Below are positions 41,351-55,205 of a stretch of DNA of 64,000 nt, in pieces. The stretch is from assembly GCA_951406725.2 (NCBI GenBank), contig OX597835.1:9920001-9984000 (forward strand), written 5' to 3'. The stretch comes from Octopus vulgaris. Its lineage: Eukaryota. The notes under the pieces were generated by a model. The model made no database searches. It was not told where the DNA came from and was given only the letters and a program-made list of their open reading frames with translations. A program made the translations under genes and the position numbers. How positions within the stretch are numbered: position 1 is the first letter of the stretch; every line of letters begins with the position of its first letter.

Positions 41351-42287
41351 CTTGCAGCTCATTTATGTTGAGAAGTTTTTCTCTGTTGTTTAAGCTTGGA
41401 AATTTAGGCCAAAAGAAGTTTTAGGACGCAATGACGGATTCCCGAAGGTGGGGCAGGAATAAAAGAGAAATGTTAAACTTTCTCAGTACAATTTATTGAG
41501 GTATTCCTCTTGTCACAGATTTTTGCATCATAAATTTTCATGAGTAGCTGAGTAATTTTGTACATGTGGATCGTCTCCAGGCTAATATTTCATTTCTTCT
41601 TCTTCATGAGTGTTACAAATCAATCAATTCTTCGACACGGGAACCAATTTCAGCATATTCTTTTCTTGCCAGAAAAAGTAGAGCGCCGTACTAAACTCAT
41701 TATTATATTCATTTTTGCCAATCCATGTTCCAGAATCTAATTGGATTGCCATTCTACCGGATCACGTAAAGTTAAAATATCACAACGATCCCTAAACACA
41801 TTAAAATCCCCCCAATGTAAAAGTGTGTGAGAGGAAGCTTCAACAACATATCTCCTCATATATTTTATTCATTTGTTAAATTCAGAGACTGATAAATGTT
41901 TCTTTTCGTGAGACACGACTTTAGATTTAAAATGTCAAATAAATGAGTGACTTTTAACTTTCGTGTCTTTGTCTTTACAGATAAAAGTAACACAATTGAA
42001 TTAAAAGAACTCCAGAGCGCCATCTTCTCGCATCTTTTAACTTAAGTAATCAATAACATTATCGAATGCACAAACACCACAATTATAGTATTATCCTTTC
42101 AGTCCTCGTTTTGTCTGTCCTCAAAGGAAACCATTGTCGCAGAGGTCAGTGGTCGGTTTATACGGCTGAGCGTCTATTATTCTCTGCACTCTTATTATAA
42201 TTGTTATTAATTAATTTGAAACTTCATTAATAAAGTACACCCTGAAAACCGTAAAAGAAATGTTTTTGTTCAGCTTGCTACTATAAA

Positions 42288-42821
42288 TTTATCTGAAACC
42301 TAATTTGCATATAACTACAAGACATTTTAGATCGACAAGAAAAGATTAAATCATTTTCGGTAGGAATTGATAAATATGTTTGATCTTGTGAGAATAAAAG
42401 ACCTACACAACAGCAGGAATTACTGATGTCACGATAGAGAAGAACGAAGCTGACTACCTTAAGGCATTCATTTCGGCGTTTTACAATATCTCTCACTCCA
42501 TAAGTCTTAATCATTAAAACATCAACGTGTGCTTCATTTTTAAACCTTAGAGGCGAGTTTGCTTCAGATTTTGTTGGTATGTGTAATAGATCATGCAATT
42601 ACATAGGGACCATGCTGTGGAGATCAGAGTCATCGTCATCCACTATTCCTGCAGATTCTTCACTTAATCTAAACCACCTGGAAACCTGGTTCCAAACGTA
42701 CACCAAATGTGATACCTTACAAATATTGCGTTTCGGTTCTTACCAGAATAGCATTACCATATCGAGAGAAAAGGGAAATTTTAATATCGTTGTTTGACCT
42801 GCAAAAAATAGCAGAAAATCT
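42288..42821. repeat. Older inverted duplicate of 9989-10535
   Basis: Reverse-complement homology to 9989-10535. Confidence 0.85.
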
Positions 42822-45090
42822 TCCGTAAATCACACTCTGCAATTCTTAAAATTAATAGAAATTATTAAGTAATGTAGTGCCTAGGGTTCTAAAAAAAACA
42901 GGATGATCACGGCTGGAATACATTTTAGCATAAACCTTCTTGATCAAAGTTGACTTGTGGACTAAAAAAACCTTAACAGCAACAATGACAACAAGAGCCT
43001 AACACACAAACACAACAAGTATTATATACAATTCTTCTGGAGCATTTACAGCACGGAGATCAAAGTTCAAAATGTAAATCGATACACAATCGATCAATGA
43101 TTACTTATAATTAGACAACAAATAAAAACGCTCAAATACAATCAAAATATTTTATTATGTTTGTGATTATTGGACCCCTAATAATACCCTCTTTGGGCAA
43201 TGAACCGACAAACATCTCGACTAGTTTCGCCTGGTTATTGTTGGTTCATGATTCCTGCTCATGCAGTTACAAAATAAAATACTCCACTATTCTGCCATTC
43301 CTGAACCATCTTTGATATTATTTAGAAAAGTGTTTTAGAGCCGCTCTGACATGTAAGATCTTTCCGTGCATTTACATCTCTGACTTCGAATTCTTCTGGT
43401 ATCAACTCTGGCTTTATTTTCTTCGGTGCTGCGGGATTTCAATCACTCATAATTACTAATCAACACAGACATCGAAATATAAGCATTCGATCTTTGCTAT
43501 TCTGGCGTTTCTTACAGCTATTATTCGTCCGGACGATATCAGACGATATGTAGTTTCTTAAGAGGTTAACATGTGTTATAGTAGAGATTTAAATCTGGAT
43601 TATAGACCAAACAGTTTTCTCGTTTGGTGAAAGGGTTCGTGATATATATATACCCGATACCAGTCCTCTACTGAAGTTGGTTCTTTCGATTAAGTCTTAC
43701 CATTTACAGAATCGTCTTCTCTAGCAATTAAAACCTCCCACGACAGTTTATTTTGAGCCACTGTAAAGGTGGAAATCATTAACAACTAATTATAATGACC
43801 GTTGGTGGCAAAATAAAGGTGAAGTAAATATTTTGCAATAATTAGCTACCTCCTCCTGATTTCAGATCCCGCCAGGACCAACTTCCATTCCTCTGGGACG
43901 ATTAATTCCAGTGATTTATAATAATAATTTCAATGACTCTTCCTTCCCACACCACCACCACTTCCTGGCTTTGATTCTGTGTTTGAAATCGTTATAATGT
44001 TATTATTTACTTTAATCAAACATGGCGGATAGGAAACACTAACGGTATTTTCTTTATTTCTCAGTTTTCTGATTTGAAACCAACCGGAAATCGACTTTAC
44101 CTTTCATCTCTGTGAGATTCGTACAATGAGAACTAAACATGAAATGCAGTTTAAATTCTATTGACTGTAATATTAAACAATTACATTGTTTAATAAATTC
44201 AGAGTAAAATTGGCTGCAACAAAAATATCTTTTCTATCACGTCAGGATATTTTTATGCCGGAAGTTAAATCCTGAACAATAATGAAAATCTTCAAAGACA
44301 GCCGCAACTTTGAAATAATACACCAGGAGCTAGACATAGCAGCCAAATTGCTATTAAATTACAAAACAAGATAGAAATTATTGGATAGTGTAGTCTGAGG
44401 TAAACTAAAACAAAACACAGCTGGAGCATTTTTGATTACAAGTTTTATCGATCAGTACTGACCTAAGGCTGAACAAAATGTGTGGTTCAGTAATCAATTT
44501 ACCATTGTGCATGACAGCGTTCTTAAGGAGAGAAATCTTAATGTCTACGTTACAATGACTGTTATGCTATATAATTGCCAGAATTCCGTCTGCTTTTCTA
44601 TGAGACGAATGTTCTTACAAAGTAGATTTCTTTCCAAAACATCTTACATTCGAAGCAGTCTACAGATAAAATAATATTTCTAACTTTATTAAGTAATTAG
44701 TAGGCTTCGAAATGAGGCTATCTTTTGTAACACAAAAGCAGAATTAACTTACAATTTCAAAACGAATGCGCAAATATTGAAACATGAAAATTGTAAAAAT
44801 TGAAAATGCAACGAAAATCTAATATGAAAGAAAATGTTTCATTTCCTGGCGACTGAGTAATGAATTCACTGAGTATGTATTTGAGGGCAATGCGGTCACA
44901 TATTTAATTCGACTACAGTATTTTGTACATAAAAATCAGAAGTATATATTATTCTCTTGCTTTGAGAGTGCTTTTTTTTTAATATTTCACACTAATATAA
45001 CTCTAGTCTCGCCAGCTTTGTTTCTTATGTTTTTCTATTAAAAATCTTGCATTGATGAAGAGTAACTACAGTAGCACATATTCCAGCTGG

Positions 45091-46045
45091 GAAATCTATT
45101 GTTCGTCTAATCATCTTTTGAGAATTTTCAATTGATATACAATGTTCAAATTCAATAAAACAAGCTTAGAAAAATTTCGGAGAAGTGATTATGTTTTGTT
45201 AATTGCTTATTTCCTGTAAATATGGTTTTACGTAAATTCGCTTTCTTTGTTTTCCTTTGTGGTTTGATCTTTTCTACATCAATTCGTGTTTAATAACTTT
45301 GAAATGTTGTCTGGAAATTATCAACATGTTCGTTCCGTTAAAGTATGGAAAGTATTATCAATTCAATAAAATGACTTCAATGAAAGCGATTAAAGAATTC
45401 TCTGGAATTAGGCAGGAATATTGGCGTCTGCTGAGTTTAATAGAATTGAAATTTGAATGAGGCAAGTATCGAACATAAATTTTTGAAGAATATTGTTGAA
45501 TAGATTAAAGAAGTAGTCCAGCAATTACGTTTGCTCGGTTATGACAGGCTTCTTGATTATGAGAGAAAGACTGGAGAGATTAAAGGTGGATAATGTTTAT
45601 CGAAGATGATGAATAACCTGAAGCACTTGAGCACATCTCATATCTCGTACATTTAATAACTTGCAGTTGTTAATAAAACAACATTGACGCTCTTATAGAC
45701 ACACTTAACCTCGTCCAACGCACAATAAAGTGGGATCTCTTTAAAACAATGTTGGGCGCCATCTGCTGACCTATCGATCCTGTCTATAAATATAGTCGGA
45801 TGATTATCTGCTGTATTTTGACAGATCTCACCTCAAGCCTGATTACTGAACATGGTGGAGATTTACAAGAACATGAAATGGAAACATTATACAATGGAAA
45901 TCAACAATGGGTCAACGAGGTCTTCAAACAATCTGCTAGAAAAAGCAGACAATTTTTCCTCAACTCATTCTTTATTGTCTTTAAGAAAGGAAGGGCACAT
46001 CAGATAATGTAGCACAAGAAGCACAACGATTGAAGAAAGAGCCAA
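45091..46045 (+). pseudogene. Decayed hAT-type transposase fragment; right arm of inverted duplication
   Basis: Near-identical reverse complement of 8146-9081, with a ~22-bp insertion near 45135. Confidence 0.5.
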
Positions 46046-46427
46046 ATGGTGGATTGTTGTTGATGATAGGTTTTCTCTTTCAAGGCTGATAAATTCTTCA
46101 TGGTTTTGAGCTGTTGCCCCCAAACTTTTTCAGGCTGCCATCCCTTTGGCACACGGGCCAAATTTCTAGCACCTTCCCCACTCACCACCGCAAACATAGA
46201 CCGCTTTCTGCATCAGATTCCAAGCAACTGTATTTCAAAATAAGACTTATCCTAATTAGTTAATTATTATGTTGTTTTTACATCTATTGCCCCCTTTTGG
46301 CCACCCCATTATCGCCTCCAGTTTTCTTCGACACCCCTCCTAAATGAGAGATACAATCCATCGTTTGAATTAACACCACTACATCACACTTAAGTTAGTA
46401 TTAGCGACGTTTGAGACAAGTAATGGA

Positions 46428-46911
46428 TTTAATGTCGCGATTTGATGTACTTTTCCCTGTATTTTCTCACCGGAAGTATTTGTCAGGATGCATCCGGTCT
46501 AGTAATTTCTCAGAGAAGCAATTAGATTCATTCATAGCCTTTGATCTTTTTTCCTTAGCGATTTACAGGGATTGAAGTTGTGGTTAGGAACACGCCACGC
46601 TTCGTGGCTTTTTCTTCCCTCCCATCCAAGTATGTCATCTCCTGCAAACGGCCTAGCCGCAATTATTCCTTTACTTTGACGAAGCTGTAAGAAGAAAGGG
46701 AAAACATAATGGAGGGAGTTAGCTTCACTTGATTGAGAAGAAGGTGACTATTTAGTCGAATAAAACAAGCTTGCTAACCAACCACATGGTTCCGGGTTCA
46801 GTCCCACTGCGTGGCACCTTGGGCAAGTGTCTTCTGCTATAGCCCCGCGCCGACCAATGCTTGTGAGTGGATTTGGTAGACGGAAACTGAAAGAAGCCTG
46901 TCGTATATATG

Positions 46912-46948
<37 letters not shown>

Positions 46949-47497
46949 TTGTGTGTCTGTGTTTGTTCCCCTAGCATTGCTTGACAACCGATGCTGGTGT
47001 GTTTACGTCCCCGTCACTTAGCGGTTCGGCAAAAGAGACCGATAGAATAAGTACTGGGACTTACAAAGAATAAGTCCCGGGGTCGATTTGCTCGACTAAA
47101 GGCGGCGCTCCAGCATGGCCGCAGTCAAATGACTGAAACAAGTAAAGGAGAGAGTAAAAAGAGAGTAATGACTAATTTCGTTTCTACACGGACCTTATAA
47201 GCTTAAAGGAAGATCAAAAGAATATTCCATTGCATCAGCCGGAATTGTTGCTGCTGCCCAAATTGATTTAATGATAAAATTTGATGTACTTCTCCCTGTA
47301 TTTTCTCACCGGAAGTATTTGTCAGGGTGCATCCGGTGTAGTAATGCCTCAGAGTAGCAATTAAATTCATTCATATCCTTTCATCTTTTGTTTTTTTTTT
47401 TTTTTACTGGGCAATTTACAGATTGAAGTAGTGGTCAGAAACCCTCCACGCCTCGTAACTTTTTCTTCCCTCCCATCCAGATGATTATCTCCTGCAT
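46428..47497. repeat. Direct duplication of ~220 bp (46428-46645 and 47267-47497)
   Basis: Shared TTTGATGTACTT.TCCCTGTATTTTCTCACCGGAAGTATTTGTCAGG...TCTCCTGCA. Confidence 0.88.
46767..47167 (+). mobile_element. SINE family B, 5'-truncated
   Basis: Homology to other copies; AAGAGAGTA tail. Confidence 0.9.
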
Positions 47498-47837
47498 TTT
47501 GATGTATCTATCTGCAAATCTAAGCACGGTGTACAGCGGAGATCTATAAGAACCTGCAATAGAAACGTCATGAAAAGAAAGTCAGACCACAGCTTTAAAG
47601 CTGAAACACTTTAAAGATTTAATGGAGCATTTGTGCTAGAAATAGCAGTTGTTATATTTGAATTGCCCTCCACTCTCTTGAAGACAGAGATACATCAGAT
47701 AAAGTAATTCTAGATATACAATATTTGAGTAAAGATGACGTGTGGGTGGATGGGACGCCATTGCTCACTGATATCTGCTAATTTAGTGTAGTGGGTGGAT
47801 ATATATACATACATATATATATATATATAAATATATA

Positions 47838-47871
<34 letters not shown>

Positions 47872-48497
47872 CATTGATACATAAATGCATACATACATAC
47901 ATACATACATACATACATACATACATACATGCATACATGCAAAAATACTCTGTAGTTGAAATTCCAATGAAGGACCCTTGGATCTACGTTAGAAACCGGT
48001 TCTTTCTCTACTGGCAGGAAATCTTGAAATAAAACTGAACAATGACATACATACACACACACACACATAACAAAATGCAATCACAACAAAATAGCAAAGA
48101 TAATGATTAAGCTATATAAAAACCTAAATGTAGCAAAATATAAACAAATTGTCGTTTCAATACACTCCATGTGCTTGCATGCGCATATGTCCATAGAGCC
48201 ATATAAACGATATATACATACATATATGCGGCAGGGAGCGTGTGTGAGCGTGTATGGGAGAGCGAGAGAAAGCGAGAGAGAGTGTGTGTGTGCGCGTGTG
48301 TGTGTGAGTGTGCGTGTATACGTATGTTATATACAAACTTATTGCCAGTTCAAATATGCTTCGAATCAGCTCGCATCGTCACCCAATCAGAATGTGGGCG
48401 CATACACGTTTCTCCAAGCATATTTGACCTGGTAATAAATTTGTATTTAGGCACAACACTGCTTAGCGCTGTCGCCACATCTGTATATATATATTTC

Positions 48498-49280
48498 TGC
48501 GAGCTGGTAGAAACGTTAGCACGCCGGGCGAGATTCGTAGCCGTATTTCGTCTGTCGTTACGTTCCGAGTTCAAATTCTGCCGAGGTCGACTTTGCCTTT
48601 AATTCTTTCGGGGTCGATAAATTAAGTACCAGTTACGCACTGGGGTCGATATAGTCGACTTAATCCCTTTGTCTGTCCTTGTTTGTCCCCTCTGTGTTTA
48701 GCCCCTCGTGGGTAATAAAGAAATATATATATATTTCTGTTTAACCATAACAGACAGGTGTGTCTTGTCGTGATTGCTTAAGCAGTTATTTATCCTATAA
48801 GCAATATTTATGGCAGTATCCAAGGCAACCAGTTGGCAGACTCCTTGGCACGCCGGGCAAAATTGCTTCGTGGCATTCCGTGCGTCTTTACGTTCTGAAT
48901 TCAAATTCCGTTGAAGTCGACCTTGCCATTTCACCCCTTTCAGAGTCCATAAGTACCAGAGCAGTATTAGGGTCGATTATATCGACTTACTTACTCCCCT
49001 GAGATTGCTTGCTCTGTCTCGAAATTTGAACCCATTATTTGTATCTGTGTTTAAGTCAGCGAGATGGCGTTAAGTCGTTCACGCGCTGGACATAAGGTTT
49101 AGCTGCAGTGTCTCTTCTAGTTTTATGATCTGCGTTCGATTACTGCTGAGGTCGACTTTCTATGTTACCCTCTCGGGGTCGATAAAATAAGTGCCAGTCG
49201 AACTCTGGAATTGGTGATAAACAAGTGAACCCTTCCCCACAAAATGTCAAGCCTTGTGCAAATAATAGAAAGGATTATTT
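48498..49280 (+). mobile_element. Cluster of three family C SINEs of differing age
   Basis: Heads near 48498, 48825 and 49055; a further diverged copy at 49920-50150. Confidence 0.8.
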
Positions 49281-50269
49281 CTAGCAGAATTCGCTTCCAG
49301 AATACCTTTATATTATACAATTCTCGATGCTTCTACACTTGAATGGTGTGTATATGTATATATATGAATGTGTTATACATGCATCCATATAAATGTAGTA
49401 CTTCGTGTGGGTCGGTGGGTGTGTGTATGCACATATATTCCATATATTTTCATATGTGTTCTTGTGTATGTATGTGTGTGGATTAGGATAATGTATTGTG
49501 TTGGCATACAGCTCCAAGTAAGAGTACTCAGCTCTTGGAAAGTTCAATAGATCACTGTGAATGTCAACTCCATCCTACGAGTGATCATACGAAGATAAAC
49601 TTTACGTTGATTCTGTCTATTTATAAAAGTAGCTGTGTTTTCTGAAGAATCTGTTGAATTGGATTTTAATTCTGGTGAATTGTTTTTAGCGTCAAGTTGT
49701 TACGGATTGATTTTCATGTGCTGTTGTCTACGGTGGTTTGTAGAGAAGCAAGACGAACAGATTTCTATATTGGCAGCTTCGGTTGTGTTGGTCTTTATCT
49801 GGCATGTGGCAGGGGAGTGCATTAGCATGCAGATTCTTTGATCCATAAAATAACAGGCACTGGAGCTTGGGGAACAATGGAACATATACAAACAATACAT
49901 TTAGTGTTTATAACTAATAAGGATGGTGCTTTGGTAGATCGGTTAGAGCGTTGAGTATGCGTCCGTGCGTTGCAACGCTTGCTATACTTGTTTCCGTTCT
50001 CTATGCTCTGAGTTCAAATCCTGCCGAGACTATATTCACCGTTTATCCATTCAGTGTCGACAAATATGAAGTACCAACCGGCAAAAGTGACCGATAAAAT
50101 TAATACACTTACACTGGGCTCCATTTATCCGACCAAACATTCCTCCAAAATTTGAGTCAAAAGACTTTTATCGTGAATTCGAGTTGACAAATTGTGGGCG
50201 GAATTGATGGGCTAAAGCTTTTACAAGACCGTTGTGCGTCTGTGTCTGTATGTGTGTATGTGTGTGTGT

Positions 50270-50501
50270 GTTCTTTTATTTGTTTCAATTATTTGACTGC
50301 GGCCATGCTAAAGTAACGCTTTAAAGGGTTTTTTAATTGAAGAAATCGACACCAGAACTTATTCTATGTAACACTAATACATATATTATCGGTCTCTTTT
50401 GCCGAGCCACTAAGTTATGGGGACATAAACATACCAAAATTAGTTGTCAAGCGATGGTGGGAGACAAATACAAACATACAGACATACACACATAAATATA
50501 T

Positions 50502-50599
<98 letters not shown>

Positions 50600-50722
50600 G
50601 ACAGGCTTCTTTCAGTTTCCGTCTACCAAATTCACTCACAAGGCCCGAAGTTATAGAGAAGACTCTTGCCCAAGGTGCCATGCTGTGGGGCTGAATCCGG
50701 GACCATGTGGTTTGGTAGCAAG
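50270..50722 (-). mobile_element. SINE family B, diverged
   Basis: Homology to other copies. Confidence 0.85.
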
Positions 50723-50793
50723 CTTCTTACCACACTGCCACACTATATATATATATAGAGAGAGAGAACTTAATACACATATTATATGGTGTT

Positions 50794-51105
50794 TGTAGGC
50801 ACATAGCTCAGTGGTTAGAGCGACGGGTTGACAATCGTTAGGTCGTGAGTTCGATTCATGTAGTGGGCTGTGTTTTGCGTTCTTGAACAAGACACTTTAT
50901 TTCACTTTGCCCAAGTCCACTCAGCTATAGAAATAAGTTGCGATGTCACTGGTAGCAAGCTGCATCAGCCTCTGCTTTATCTTTGGATAACATTGGCGTG
51001 GAGAGTGGAGACTAGTACACATGTGTGGACTTGTACCCCGGAGGAGAACTTTCTAGATGCAATCCTGTGGTCATTCGTGACCGATGGGGGCCTTAACCCT
51101 ATACT
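50794..51105 (+). mobile_element. SINE family D
   Basis: Homology to 17357-17688. Confidence 0.8.
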
Positions 51106-51149
51106 CTATTGAAAGTGATTGTTTCCCTTGTGACTCGAGTTTCATGTCA

Positions 51150-51900
51150 CTGCGATCTACAGGTGAGAACTCTTACTTCTAAATTTAGTGGTGTACTTCT
51201 ATACGTTGGTGCAAATCTACTTTCCTGTTTCTGTCTGTTCATTGGTTTCGCTTTTTGTTTCCTGATGATTACTTTCCTTGAATATTTTAATGAGAAGCGT
51301 GTTTGTAATATGTTTTATCATTCTTATTCTGCTGTTATTTTCTGAATTTATCTCTTAATCTTCTTGAATCTGTCCTTTTTTGTTCTTTACTTTGTGGGGT
51401 GGGGGTTAAGTATGTTTTGTTGATGACGAGCTAATGTGTATTTCCTATTGTGTTTCAAAATATTAATGTAAACGATAGAATAGTTTTCTTGATGTGAATT
51501 TTACTTTGCTCAATACTAGAGAATATTAAAGACTTGGATGTGCGTATAATGTTGTTTACCGGTTCTATTAGTGTTGTTTCTTTATCTATTCTTACTACTG
51601 TGGTCCGTGAGCTTTTCTTTTGAAATTTCCTGTTAAATATATACCTACGTATGTGTTTATATGCTATGTGTGTGAGTATGCGAAAGGAGTAAAGTGTCGC
51701 ATTTTATAAGTGGTATTCTATACTTGAGCGACTCTTGCTATTGTTTTTTGAATTTTATTTCGATCAAGAATGTCGAATTGAAATAGATATTAATGAGGAA
51801 AATTCGATTTTACTTATTGGAGTTGTCTGTTAAACTAATTACTGGTTGTCTATTTCATTTGAGACTCTGGGAAAACGTTTTCTTTGTATAACTCTTTAGG
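51150..51900 (-). pseudogene. Possible decayed Penelope-like RT/thumb region
   Basis: Frameshifted remnants NTYVG.F (cf. YAN.YMG), KFT, HP..K and KGQ..RL in the expected order. Confidence 0.4.
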
Positions 51901-52142
51901 TACGTTTTCTTGTATATGTGCGTTGGTCAAAGTTTGTATTAATATGCATGCATCAATATGTTGGTGCGTGTATGTGAATGCACTATTAATTGTGATGGCA
52001 CCGTTAACATTTGATGGATAGTAGTTCCGCTGGTGAGAAATGGAAACTTGATCCAACCCAGCCTTCTCCATGTGAATGTGTTTGTGTGTTTGTGGATACG
52101 TATTTGTACCTTTGAATATATTTTGGCGATGTAAATAGGCAA

Positions 52143-52562
52143 TCATCATCATCATTGTTCGACCGTGGTTGAGACAATGGAATTTACCATGCTACGCCAG
52201 ACTGCACGGTCCATCATGGCATTACGGAGGTCCTGTTGTTGGATGCCTGTATCCCTGGAGATTACATCAGGGTAGGAGAGTGTGCGCCCTCTGGTATTGC
52301 GAGTAGATGGCTTCCAGAGGAGAAGAGTAGAAATTACTTCGTTTTCAGCTCTACAACAATGTCCAGCAAACTGGACTCTCCTACCTTTCACAAGAGATGA
52401 CACAGGTGGTAGTTTCCCATATATTTGCATTTTGGTTGGATGGCGCTTCCACGAGAGATTTTGAGCTCTCATAAGGAGGCGACTGTAGGTTCCATCCAAC
52501 CGCCTCTCAAGCTTCTTTGATAACGTCCAGGTTTCTGAGCCATATAGTAGAATTGGTTCGAA
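52143..52562 (-). mobile_element. Young RTE-like LINE 3' fragment with (TGA)n tail
   Basis: Open frame EPILLYGSETWTL...RR.QFAGHC.R...AMMDRAVWR, then stop and (TGA)n. Confidence 0.92.
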
Positions 52563-52786
52563 GAACATAAACAGCGAAGAGAAACTTAAAAGCTGCAAGA
52601 CATCCGTGAAACTTTTGCTATTAAAGAATTGCTGTGAATCGGTGTTTATTTGTCTGTAAAGCCATAATCAGATGCCTTTTGGTTAGACGAGGCGTAAAGT
52701 CTACTGACAGTCAGAAAATTATTAATATTATGTCCGATCTGTAGAAAAGATTGCCACTTCAGTGTTTCAGTGAGTTACTGAGTACC

Positions 52787-52948
52787 TGGAGTGAGTGGCT
52801 GTGTGGTAAGCAGCTTGCTTACCAACCAAATGGTTCTGGGTTCAGTCTCACAGTGTGGCACCTTGGGCAAATGACTTCTACTATGGCCTCGGGTTGACCA
52901 AAGCCTTGTGAGTGGATTTGGTAGCCAAAAACTGAAAGGAGCCCTCTG

Positions 52949-52987
<39 letters not shown>

Positions 52988-53082
52988 CATATGTGTGTTT
53001 GTGTGTGTGTGCATGTTTATATGACTGTGTTTGTCCCCCCACCATCGCTTGGCAACTGACGCTGCTGTGGCCATGCTGGGGC
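52787..53082 (+). mobile_element. SINE family B, internally deleted
   Basis: Homology to other copies. Confidence 0.85.
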
Positions 53083-53308
53083 AAAGTCGTTTTTCTACAC
53101 TGTTATTATCGAGTGCCTCCTCTGATATGTGGAATTTGGTGAATAAAGGAGTTTGATGTCACTACCCTCATTTATACCTCCTGCCGTGGCTCTTAGGGAG
53201 AATATTAAAAGGCAGTGGGCCCCTGAAACCCAGGATGTTGCAGTAACTGGTCCTGAAGCGCGATGGCATTGCTGGGATCTTTGGCACTGTGCAGTGGTGA
53301 TCCGTTCT

Positions 53309-53399
<91 letters not shown>

Positions 53400-53405
<6 letters not shown>

Positions 53406-53745
53406 GGGAATATATACAGGAAAAATATTTATGATTTAATCCAATTTTATAGTAAAATATTATATTATATTAAATTAGAGACAAAACCACTATTAGGCAA
53501 ATCAAACAAAGAAAGACTTAAGCCAATACATAAAATAATTTAATTTATATCATTTAAATATATAACAAAATTATTAAAAAAATATAATTAATATCCCACC
53601 ACGATCGTTTCCTGCCTGCAGTCTTCAAATTTTTGAGTCGCAGTCATTCATCAGGTGGTTTAAATATTTTTCTTGGCGAGGTTTAAGTCTTGCATTGTTT
53701 GATTTGCCTAATAGTGGTTTTGTCTCTAATTTAATATAATATATA
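53400..53745 (-). mobile_element. (TA)n-embedded pLTR-like element with hammerhead motif and 49-bp inverted repeat
   Basis: Perfect inverted repeat 53461-53509/53695-53743; hammerhead core at 53596-53658. Confidence 0.68.
53596..53658 (-). ncRNA. Type I hammerhead motif, probably inactive (GUG triplet)
   Basis: ccac-CTGATGA-long imperfect stem II-GAAA-cgatcg-TG-gtgg; palindromic stem III ACGATCGT. Confidence 0.62.
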
Positions 53746-53749
53746 TATA

Positions 53750-53912
53750 TACGTCGAGAGTTTTTCCATTTCCGTCTACCAAATCTACTCACGAGGCTTT
53801 GGTCGGCATGAGGCTATAGCAGACGGCGTTGTCCCGAGGTGCCATGCACTGGAACTGAACCAAAAACCGTGTGGTTAGAAAGTAAACCTCTTAAACACAG
53901 CCACAACTGTGC
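53750..53912 (-). mobile_element. SINE family B head fragment
   Basis: Homology to other copies. Confidence 0.8.
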
Positions 53913-54630
53913 TTTTATATTGTGAAGAATTTCTCACCGCATTTCTCAGCTCATCGCATCGGCTCCATTGAATGAGCGCAACAGAGAACTGCAACATAAT
54001 ATATCTCGCATGACAAGAGCGGTGCCTCCGTTGATCGCGATGCTGAGCGATAATACACTTTATCCTTGCTATTTCATAACAACAACGTTATCTCTGAATT
54101 ACGTCTTTCATTAGTTCGTGTCTCAGCAATCAAAAAACTTAACCTGCAACTGCTGGAATCCAAGATTACTGCAACAAACTCACGGCCATGACGGAGCAGT
54201 ATTAATATAGTGTTTACGATAGGCAGTGAGCCATCGTCTTCAGCCTGGGACGCGTACACCGCATTCACTCAGCATTTGCGATAACAACAAACGTACGGAG
54301 AGACGATGGTCGTCGCTGAGATGAGACAAAAGGACAAAACAACAAAGAAGTGTAACGTTTTATATAATATTGATTTATGTACAACAATGCATCATCGTAA
54401 TGCGTCAAATTACTGGACAGTGTGATACATTATAGAATTTCACACGTCCATGTGTACATATGGCTATGTCTACATAGGCATGCCATACATATTCGTACAT
54501 GTATATTTATGTGTATATATATATATATTATACGTATGTATGTATGTACTAATCAATATTCAGTTCAGTTAACAACTTCCCTTGTCTTTCATGACAACTA
54601 ATTCATCAAATCTTTAAGACAGTTATATAG

Positions 54631-54735
<105 letters not shown>

Positions 54736-54789
54736 CATATACATGCACACATATATATATATATATGTACATGTATATATATGTATATA

Positions 54790-54846
<57 letters not shown>

Positions 54847-55017
54847 TATACGGACGGGGAGAGAGATAAATACAAACATGCGCGCGTCGCTTAAATACAA
54901 ACAAGAGAAAAATAGATAGAGAGAGAGAGAGGTCGTTATGTAGGAAGTTTGGTAGATAGGTATGTAAGTAGGTAATTAGATGAATAGAGAAACAGACAGA
55001 CAGATAGACAGACAGGC

Positions 55018-55108
<91 letters not shown>

Positions 55109-55128
55109 TAGATAGATAGATAGATAGG

Positions 55129-55205
<77 letters not shown>

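Noticed and set aside
43205-43260. GAAACTAGTC on the minus strand as a hammerhead
   Set aside because: The core is too degenerate and stem I does not pair
47965-48010. CCAATGA...GAAACCGGTT hammerhead-like motif
   Set aside because: Two core mismatches and poor stems I and II
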